Shown here in pieces: positions 26,135-32,000 of a stretch of 32,000 bases of DNA. Within the stretch, counting starts at the first letter, position 1. Each line of letters opens with the position of its first letter. The notes below the pieces were generated by a model that was given only the letters and a program-made list of their open reading frames with translations, was not told the origin of the DNA and ran no database searches. This DNA is from Scopulibacillus cellulosilyticus (GTDB lineage Bacteria > Bacillota > Bacilli > Bacillales > Sporolactobacillaceae). Made by a program: the position numbers and the translations under genes. The DNA is taken from contig NZ_JBHTCO010000003.1 of the NCBI RefSeq assembly GCF_042665295.1, positions 80,298 to 112,297 of the forward strand, in the 5' to 3' direction.

Positions 26135-26272
26135 CTATGTAGCCGCAGCTATATATCCTCTAATAGCTGCGGCTACATCGCAGTAATCGAGATTTAACTC
26201 AGTTTGCCTGCCAAGGGCAAGTTTCATAAGCTCTCCACTGTCAAGCATATCGGGGTTATTGAAAAAATCCAT
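26135..26272 (-). pseudogene. 3'-terminal remnant of an FAD oxidoreductase paralogue (45-codon ORF) ending in a 14-bp perfect inverted repeat
   Basis: Translation MDFFNNPDMLDSGELMKLALGRQTELNLDYCDVAAAIRGYIAAAT* aligns to the C-terminus of 27416..28534 (GAELAKLALGRPLEINIDYYDVAGAIGG*). A shared nucleotide block CCAAGGGCAAGTTT is present. The hairpin is GTAGCCGCAGCTAT-N10-ATAGCTGCGGCTAC (26139..26176). Confidence 0.7.
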
Positions 26273-26273
26273 T

Positions 26274-27047
26274 TCACAATATGCCCATCCAAATTTTTAT
26301 TGTTGTCGCAATGATTAATACTAGCAAAATCACCTTTAACACTTTAGGATTCACTTTTTGTCCAAGTTTAGCACCAATTGGTGAAGCTATGATGCTTGCA
26401 ATAACAACGATAAGAGATGGCCAAAACAATATTTGATGCGACAATAGTTTACCTGTCACAGAGCCAATCGATGAAATAAAGGTTACGGCAAGGGATGTAG
26501 CGATAGTAACACGCATGGGGATGTTAAGGACAGTCAGCATAATGGGAACAAGTAAAAAAGAACCGCCAGCCCCTACAATCCCCGCGCAGATTCCAACAAT
26601 AAAAGAAAGAACCATTGCTAATAAACGATTATATTGTAAAGATTGATCAGGTTGCACCGCATCTCTTCTCGGTATAAACATCAGGATAACTGCAAGAATC
26701 GCCAAAATCCCGTAGATAAAGTTAACAACATTTTCAGAGATCCATTCAGAGCTGTAACCGCCAATTAAACTGCCTGCCAAAATACTGATACCCATATACA
26801 AAATAAGACCTTTATTTAAATAACCGCCCTTCCGGTAAGCAAACACGCCGCATAATGTTGCAAAAAAGACTTGAACCGCTACAACACCGGAAACATGATG
26901 GGCGGTTAAGGCAGCAACCCCCAATAATGGCGGAATATATAAAATCAAAGGATAGTTGATAATAGCTCCGCCGACACCTAGCATCCCCGAGAGAAAAGAG
27001 CCAACAAATCCCAGAACAAATAATATGATAATAAATGATAAAGACAT
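26274..27047 (-). CDS. TauE/SafE family sulfite/organosulfonate exporter-type membrane protein
   Basis: 257 aa. [18 protein letters not shown] and a second [10 protein letters not shown] repeat are typical of TauE/SafE (YrkJ-like). GAGGAG SD. Confidence 0.85.
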   Translation of the reverse strand: MSLSFIIILFVLGFVGSFLSGMLGVGGAIINYPLILYIPPLLGVAALTAHHVSGVVAVQVFFATLCGVFAYRKGGYLNKGLILYMGISILAGSLIGGYSSEWISENVVNFIYGILAILAVILMFIPRRDAVQPDQSLQYNRLLAMVLSFIVGICAGIVGAGGSFLLVPIMLTVLNIPMRVTIATSLAVTFISSIGSVTGKLLSHQILFWPSLIVVIASIIASPIGAKLGQKVNPKVLKVILLVLIIATTIKIWMGIL

Positions 27048-27191
27048 AAAATGTACTCCTCATAAGAAAACTTGCCAACCAGCAAACCGTAATACTCTTT
27101 TAGGTGCTTTGTGAGCTATAACCTACTATAACGTTTTTACAAATTCTTATCTCCTTAAGTATCAAAAAAGAGGATACGGAAAACCGCACCC

Positions 27192-27405
27192 TTAACCTTT
27201 TTTAATCCAAAACTTAAGAACATCTCCATCCTCTTTTTTGTTCGAGGAGTTCGTTTCCACCTGATCCCGCCCAAGCGGTAAGGTCATTTTTTGTACTTTT
27301 ATCCGTCGCGCGGATTTCCAGCACATGACCCGAAGTCAATTCATCCATTGCCTTTTTCGGACCGACAAATTGGTATAGGGCATGAAAAATCTGTTGATCT
27401 AATTA
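27192..27405 (-). pseudogene. decayed TusA/SirA-like sulfur-carrier gene (YrkI-like)
   Basis: One frame reads ...STDFSCPIPI (the CPxP motif). After an extra T the reading continues as VGPKKAMDELTSGHVLEIRATDKSTKNDLTAWAGSGGNELLEQK. After an extra A in an A6 run it continues as EDGDVLKFWIKKG*. There is no ATG/GTG/TTG start upstream. Confidence 0.6.
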
Positions 27406-27415
27406 AAAAAATTAT

Positions 27416-28534
27416 TTACCCTCCAATGGCTCCAGCTACATCATAATAGTCAATGTTAATCTCTAATGGTCTCCCAAGGGCAAGTTTTGCAAGCTCGGCG
27501 CCTAAATACGGACCCACTGTCAGACCTGATGCACCGAGTCCATTGGCAACTAATATGCCTTTATAGTTCGGCAGTCCGCCAATTACAGGCAGGAACCCGG
27601 GTGTAAATGGACGGAAGCCTACTCTTGTTTCAAGAACTGTGCTGTCAGCCAAACCGGGTGCAATTGTAAAAGCTTTATCAAAGATTTCATGCAGTCCGCC
27701 CGCAGTCACCCGGTTATCAAATCCGGCATCATTTTCGTGTGTAGCGCCCGCCACTATCCGGCCGCCGCCAAAAGCTAGAAGGTACTGATCATTAGGCGGC
27801 ATAACAACAGGCCATTGGCTTGTATCAGTATTTGGCAAATTAAGATGAACAATTTGCGCTTTCTGTGACGTTACTAAAAAATTAATTTCCAACGGCTTAA
27901 GCAGCTCTTTCGCCCAAGCACCTGCAGTGACAACGACTTGATCAGCAGACAATGTCTCCCCTCCTGCCTTGACACCGGTTACCTCGTTATCTTTATAGAC
28001 AATTTCAGCCTCTCCATGAATACATGCGGCTCCATGTTTTTTGGCTGCATTAATCAAAGATTGACGAAGCGCCCGTCCATTGACACGAGCCGCACCGCTC
28101 ACATGTACAGAGCCGTAGCCTTCTGCCAGCAGCGGAAACAGCGACCTAGTTTCATCAGGAGATAATTGAGTAATCTCACCTATTTCCGGTGCATCCTGAC
28201 GGCGTTTTTCTGCCCGCTCTGCCATCTTTTCCAATTTCCGCTCGTCTTGATAAATACTAATGGCACCTACTTGCGCGTATCCGGTGTCGGTTTCCCCGCA
28301 TCCTTCAAGGTCCTTAATAAGCTGAGGATAATACCTCGCCCCGCCTTTTGCTAATTGATACCATGCTTGATTTCGCCGCTGTGAAAGCCAAGGGCAGACA
28401 ATCCCTGCGGCAGCGTCAGTAGCTTGTCCAAGATCCTGACGATCAACTATCGTAACGTTTGCACCGGCTTTTGCAAGATGATATCCAGCAGAGGCGCCAA
28501 GAATCCCTGCTCCTACCACAATAAAGTTTTGCAT
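27416..28534 (-). CDS. FAD-dependent oxidoreductase (DAO / glycine oxidase-like family)
   Basis: MQNFIVVGAGILGASAGYHLAKAGANVTIVDR dinucleotide-binding start, ~372 aa. Start moved to ATG 28534 (AAAGGTG SD). Confidence 0.85.
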   Translation of the reverse strand: MQNFIVVGAGILGASAGYHLAKAGANVTIVDRQDLGQATDAAAGIVCPWLSQRRNQAWYQLAKGGARYYPQLIKDLEGCGETDTGYAQVGAISIYQDERKLEKMAERAEKRRQDAPEIGEITQLSPDETRSLFPLLAEGYGSVHVSGAARVNGRALRQSLINAAKKHGAACIHGEAEIVYKDNEVTGVKAGGETLSADQVVVTAGAWAKELLKPLEINFLVTSQKAQIVHLNLPNTDTSQWPVVMPPNDQYLLAFGGGRIVAGATHENDAGFDNRVTAGGLHEIFDKAFTIAPGLADSTVLETRVGFRPFTPGFLPVIGGLPNYKGILVANGLGASGLTVGPYLGAELAKLALGRPLEINIDYYDVAGAIGG

Positions 28535-28561
28535 TAAGAACACCTTTTTCTGATCTTTGTT

Positions 28562-28579
28562 CTGTAAATTATTTTACAG
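28562..28579. promoter_or_regulatory. perfect 7-4-7 palindrome, candidate operator
   Basis: CTGTAAA-TTAT-TTTACAG, about 28 nt upstream of the oxidoreductase start codon. Confidence 0.3.
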
Positions 28580-28631
28580 GACTGTACTTCAAGGCTCAAA
28601 TTTTGCAAGTTGTGCTTTTAAATTATTGGAA

Positions 28632-28794
28632 TCGCTCTTAAACTATGACTTTCGCTCTTAAATCATTGTTTTTCGCTCTTAAATCATTGTTTTTCGCTCT
28701 TAAATCATTGTTTTTCGCTCTTAAATCATTGTTTTTCGCTCTTAAATCATTGTTTTTCGCTCTTAAATCATTGTTTTTCGCTCTTAAATCATTG
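28632..28794. repeat. 21-bp tandem array: 7 perfect units plus 1 diverged unit
   Basis: The unit TCGCTCTTAAATCATTGTTTT starts at 28652, 28673, 28694, 28715, 28736, 28757 and 28778 (the last is truncated). A diverged 20-bp unit TCGCTCTTAAACTATGACTT starts at 28632. Confidence 0.95.
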
Positions 28795-28830
28795 AAAAAA
28801 GCTTGTCACCCAAGGGTGACAAGCTTTTTT
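28795..28830. terminator. bidirectional Rho-independent terminator
   Basis: AAAAAAGCTTGTCACCC-AA-GGGTGACAAGCTTTTTT is a perfect palindrome. It terminates the minus-strand EamA gene that ends at 28839. Confidence 0.9.
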
Positions 28831-28838
28831 CTAAGAAA

Positions 28839-29738
28839 TCAGGCGCTTTTTTTCAGCGTACGGCGGCGTTCTTTACCTAACCCGTTGACAACAATAACGC
28901 TTGAAATAGCTATTACACCGCCAATAATGGATAGGATGCTTGGAAACTCGCGAAGCCAAATCCACGAAATAATAATAGCTACTACAGGTTCAGTATACAT
29001 CATGCTTGTAACAGAGCTTGCTTCGCCCAGGGAAAGGGCAATTGCCCAAGTAGCGTATGCGATAGCTGCCGGGAAAACGCCGACATATAACGCCGATATA
29101 TTCGCTCCTATTGTGGCATGATGAATATCATGAAAGAGGCCGGGAAGGAATAAGAGAAACGGCAATGTACCTGCCCATGTAAAATAAGCCGTCAACTCTA
29201 TTGGCTTATAACGTGCCAATAGCGGTTTCTGAAAAACAAAGAAAACCGATGTGGCGATAGAGGCTGTTAATATAAAAAGAGCGCCCTTTGAGATATCAAA
29301 GGTTGAGCCGGCCGCTCCCAAAGTAATAATAAAAATACCGATAAAACCAATGCCAAGACCTATCCATCCAAAGAGACCCAAGTGTTCTTTTAAAAATAGA
29401 ACAGCAATTAGTGCGGTAAAAACAGGTGCCGATGCAATTAACATACTGGCTGTACCTGCAGAAACGGTTTGTTCGCCGAATGATACCCCTATATGATAAA
29501 TACTAATGCCGATCCATCCCAGAATTAAAATTTTTATAAGATCTTCTATTTTCGGTAATCGAAAATCGGTTCCTGGCCATAGAGCATAAAGGATAAACGC
29601 TGCCGATGCTATAAGAAAGCGAATAAGCACTAAATGACCTGCAGAATAGCCGCCTATTAAGCTTGCCCGAATAGCAGGAAAGGCAGAACCCCATATGATT
29701 ATTGTAAAAGCCGCCATTAATAATGCTTTCTTATTCAT
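28839..29738 (-). CDS. DMT superfamily EamA-type transporter
   Basis: 299 aa, 10 TM, with IIWGSAFPAIR and duplicated EamA halves. Confidence 0.85.
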   Translation of the reverse strand: MNKKALLMAAFTIIIWGSAFPAIRASLIGGYSAGHLVLIRFLIASAAFILYALWPGTDFRLPKIEDLIKILILGWIGISIYHIGVSFGEQTVSAGTASMLIASAPVFTALIAVLFLKEHLGLFGWIGLGIGFIGIFIITLGAAGSTFDISKGALFILTASIATSVFFVFQKPLLARYKPIELTAYFTWAGTLPFLLFLPGLFHDIHHATIGANISALYVGVFPAAIAYATWAIALSLGEASSVTSMMYTEPVVAIIISWIWLREFPSILSIIGGVIAISSVIVVNGLGKERRRTLKKSA

Positions 29739-29882
29739 ACCCTTTACCCCCCAACATAACCATTATCAAATCAAAATTATCATATAGACAGCCTTTTCAC
29801 AACCTTTAAATAAACGCGTCATTTTAAATTCTAACTAATCTCATACTTAATGACCCTTTTCTTGTAAAATCAAACAGGAGTA

Positions 29883-29911
29883 TTGATAGTTTATAAAATT
29901 AGGTATATTAT
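29883..29911 (+). promoter_or_regulatory. sigA-type promoter of yjlC-ndh
   Basis: TTGATA, a 17-nt spacer and TATTAT. Confidence 0.55.
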
Positions 29912-29923
29912 TTTTATGGATGC

Positions 29924-29941
29924 TTGTGAAGACTTTCACAA
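29924..29941 (+). promoter_or_regulatory. Rex operator
   Basis: TTGTGAAGACTTTCACAA is a perfect TTGTGAA-N4-TTCACAA inverted repeat just downstream of the -10. yjlC-ndh is a known Rex target in B. subtilis. Confidence 0.8.
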
Positions 29942-30033
29942 GATTATATGAACCATTAAGGGTTAAGAGGTCTTTGGAAGCCCCTAAAATTTCCAAAAAT
30001 TTAAGCTGTGCTTATCGTAGAGGAGAATCGGAT

Positions 30034-30474
30034 ATGTCAGAAACAATTACTCAGACAAAACCTGAACAAGAACTGCAAAATTTGTCTGCAAACCCAAAGC
30101 AACTTGATGTCCTTGATCAACTGTTAAAACCTGAAGTTCAGGAATCTTTAACTGCCTTGGTTGAGCAGCTTCCAAAGCTGACTGAACTCGTCAATATTTT
30201 AACTAAGACTTATGACATGGCTCAATCAATGGCTACTGACGAAGTATTAAAAAATGATACTGTAGGCGCAATTCAAGAAATTGTTGACCCTGTAAAAGAC
30301 ACTGTAAAAGGTATCGCAGCAACTGCTATTGAAGCGAAAGATCGTGCGGAAGAAAGCAATGAAGTCATCGGTCTTTTTGGCCTTTTAAGGATGATAAAAG
30401 ACCCTCAAGCTCAAAAGCTCTTCCGTTTCATTAATGCTTATCTTCAAATTACTGCAGATCGTAATAATAAATAA
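30034..30474 (+). CDS. yjlC: DUF1641 protein (YjlC-like)
   Basis: 146 aa. Its position immediately upstream of ndh and its C-terminal GLFGLLRMIKDPQAQKLFRFINAYL are typical of DUF1641. Start at ATG 30034 (GGAGAA SD). Confidence 0.8.
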   Translation: MSETITQTKPEQELQNLSANPKQLDVLDQLLKPEVQESLTALVEQLPKLTELVNILTKTYDMAQSMATDEVLKNDTVGAIQEIVDPVKDTVKGIAATAIEAKDRAEESNEVIGLFGLLRMIKDPQAQKLFRFINAYLQITADRNNK

Positions 30475-30485
30475 TCTATTCTTAT

Positions 30486-30639
30486 AGTGTGTGTTTCAAA
30501 AAGGAGGACAAAAAGAGCCGAGAAGTTCAAGGAAGCGCAGTCTCCGAGCACCGGAACGTATGCCTTTAATACGTGAGGAGCGGAGGGACAAGCTGACGCA
30601 GAAATTCGACAGCTATTTTTCCCGGACTTTTTGAACATC
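30486..30639 (+). repeat. long copy (C) of the hairpin/TIR repeat family, inside the yjlC-ndh spacer
   Basis: Left arm AGTGTGTGTTTCAAAAAGGAGGACA. Right arm TTCGACAGCTATTTTTCCCGGACTTTTTGAACATC (30605..30639). The antisense track ORF 30444..30641 is an artefact of this element. Confidence 0.75.
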
Positions 30640-30676
30640 ACCTTACATTCAATTAGTAAAGACGGGAGATAATACT

Positions 30677-31858
30677 ATGTCAAAACAAATTGTCATTTTA
30701 GGCGCTGGTTACGGCGGCGTACTAGCTGCTCTAAATGTTCGCAAATATTTAAGTAAATCTGAAGCACAAGTAACGGTAGTCAATCAGTACCCAACACACC
30801 AAATTATTACTGAATTGCACCGCCTCGCAGCAGGCAATGTGTCCGAACAAGCTGTTGCCCTGCCGTTGGCGAAGCTTTTCAAAGGAAAAGATATTGATCT
30901 TAAAATCGCTAAAGTTGAATCATTTTCTGTGGACAAAAAAGAAGTAAAACTATCGGATAATACGACTTTAACATACGATGCACTTGTCGTAGCCCTGGGA
31001 AGCCAAACAGCTTATTTCGGTATTCCTGGACTTGAAGAAAACAGCATGGTATTAAAGTCCGCTGAAGACGCAAACAGAATATATAATCATATTGAAGATA
31101 AAATCCGTAAATACGCAGAAACAAAAGATGAAGCAGATGCAACCATCTTAATTGGCGGCGGAGGATTAACCGGCGTTGAATTAGTCGGTGAAATTGTTGA
31201 TATTATGCCAAAGCTTGCTAAAGGTTACGGGGTAGATCCTAAAGAAGTAAAACTATTACTCGTTGAAGCAGGTCCGAAAATTCTTCCTGTCTTGCCGGAT
31301 GATTTAATCGAACGCGCGCAAACAAGCCTCGAAGCACGCGGCGTAGAATTCTTAACAGGCCTTCCTGTAACAAGTGTTAAAGGAAATGTCATTGAACTGA
31401 AAGACGGCCAAAAAATAAAAGCAAATACATTCGTATGGACAGGCGGTGTACAAGGCATTCCTCTAGTAGGTGAATCAGGCCTTGAAGTGAACCGCGGCCG
31501 TGCAACTGTTAATGAATATCTTCAATCTGTTTCACATGAAAATGTATTTGTTGCCGGCGACGCAGCTGTTGCCTTTGGCCCAAATAGCGATCGTCCTTAT
31601 GCGCCTACTGCACAGAATGCTTGGCAAATGGGAGAACTTATCGGCTATAATCTATATGCATACTTAGAAAACAAATCATTTGAAACATTTAACCCGGTTA
31701 ATTCAGGCACATTGGCTAGCCTGGGACGTAAAGACGCTGTTGCTATCATCGGCGGCAACTCTACACCGCTTAAAGGGCTTCCGGCTTCCCTAATGAAAGA
31801 AGCAAGTAATGTCCGCTACTTGTCACATATTAAAGGGTTATTTAGTTTGGCATATTAA
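30677..31858 (+). CDS. ndh: type II NADH dehydrogenase (NDH-2)
   Basis: MSKQIVILGAGYGGV and GGGGLTGVE dinucleotide motifs. Near-collinear with B. subtilis Ndh (YjlD) as I recall it, down to the C-terminal IKGLFSLAY. Confidence 0.92.
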   Translation: MSKQIVILGAGYGGVLAALNVRKYLSKSEAQVTVVNQYPTHQIITELHRLAAGNVSEQAVALPLAKLFKGKDIDLKIAKVESFSVDKKEVKLSDNTTLTYDALVVALGSQTAYFGIPGLEENSMVLKSAEDANRIYNHIEDKIRKYAETKDEADATILIGGGGLTGVELVGEIVDIMPKLAKGYGVDPKEVKLLLVEAGPKILPVLPDDLIERAQTSLEARGVEFLTGLPVTSVKGNVIELKDGQKIKANTFVWTGGVQGIPLVGESGLEVNRGRATVNEYLQSVSHENVFVAGDAAVAFGPNSDRPYAPTAQNAWQMGELIGYNLYAYLENKSFETFNPVNSGTLASLGRKDAVAIIGGNSTPLKGLPASLMKEASNVRYLSHIKGLFSLAY

Positions 31859-31862
31859 TGAG

Positions 31863-31896
31863 AAAGCTGACTGTACTTTTTGCAGTCAGCTTTTTT
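31863..31896 (+). terminator. Rho-independent terminator of ndh
   Basis: AAAGCTGACTG-N9-CAGTCAGCTTT followed by TTT. Confidence 0.85.
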
Positions 31897-31909
31897 CATA
31901 TAATAGTAT

Positions 31910-32000
31910 CTAATCCTCTTTCAGACTTAACATTGAAAATTGCAATTCTGCCAGCTCATGCTTTGCTTGTTTTATTTGCTCAATGGAGTCGTCGCCTTCA
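31910..32000 (-). CDS. 3' end of an unidentified minus-strand gene (edge-truncated)
   Basis: Reverse translation ...EGDDSIEQIKQAKHELAELQFSMLSLKED* is open from the window edge to the TAG at 31912..31910. It is too short to assign. Confidence 0.3.
   Translation of the reverse strand, partial: EGDDSIEQIKQAKHELAELQFSMLSLKED

Noticed and set aside
27048-27191. Possible regulatory leader or terminator between the TusA remnant and TauE
   Set aside because: Only a weak promoter-like TTGTAA-16-TATAGC and no stable hairpin could be drawn by eye. The evidence is insufficient to annotate.
28632-28794. CRISPR array hypothesis for the 21-bp repeats
   Set aside because: The units are directly abutting with no unique spacers. 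The unit length is below typical CRISPR repeats, and there are no cas genes in the window.
28645-29121. Track ORF (+, 158 aa) beginning MTFALKSLFFALKSLFF...
   Set aside because: The periodic peptide is simply the 21-bp tandem array read in frame. The remainder is antisense to the well-supported EamA gene (28839..29738), and the ORF crosses a strong terminator.
30444-30641. Track ORF (-, 65 aa, MMFKKSGKNSCR...) and the N-terminal extension MFPGLFEHPLKGKG of 4059..5570
   Set aside because: Both are translations of the intergenic repeat element (copies C and A). There is no SD, and better starts exist for the real genes.

Overview
This is a chromosomal segment from a low-GC Firmicute. The gene content and signals look Bacillaceae-like: sigA-type promoters, T-box, L-box, S-box and B12 riboswitches, a Rex box, and yjlC-ndh. 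Features in order:
- An edge-truncated small protein, a TerC membrane protein and a beta-hydroxyacid dehydrogenase.
- Two tandem LysP-type permease paralogues. One sits behind a T-box and the other behind a lysine riboswitch.
- A visibly AT-rich islet carrying one orphan polytopic membrane protein.
- A DUF4383 protein, type-2 IPP isomerase (fni) and an NmrA-like protein.
- An 11-gene operon behind one cobalamin riboswitch, for cobinamide salvage and nucleotide-loop assembly: BtuF-like SBP, cbiZ, cbiB, cobD, cobU, cobQ, cobS, cobC, a degenerate cobU-like paralogue, a PduO-type adenosyltransferase and a PurM-superfamily CblS-like protein. No cobT is present.
- An NCS1 permease.
- An S-box riboswitch followed by an NhaC-family MetT-like transporter.
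- A sulfur-flavoured stretch: YeeE/YedE, Lrp/AsnC with a divergent EamA, TauE/SafE, a decayed TusA-like gene, an FAD oxidoreductase plus a duplicated 3' fragment of it, and a second EamA.
- The Rex-controlled yjlC-ndh pair.

I see no multi-gene novel system. The structures the gene list does not explain are:
1. A hairpin/TIR repeat family with three copies, one of them a 47-bp mini form. All three lie co-oriented in leaders or intra-operon spacers.
2. A 7x perfect 21-bp tandem array upstream of the oxidoreductase gene.
3. A near-consensus promoter-to-terminator unit predicting an ~88-nt sRNA.
4. The two-riboswitch wiring of the paralogous permeases.

Everything rests on reading the sequence by eye. 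No database or folding computation was run.
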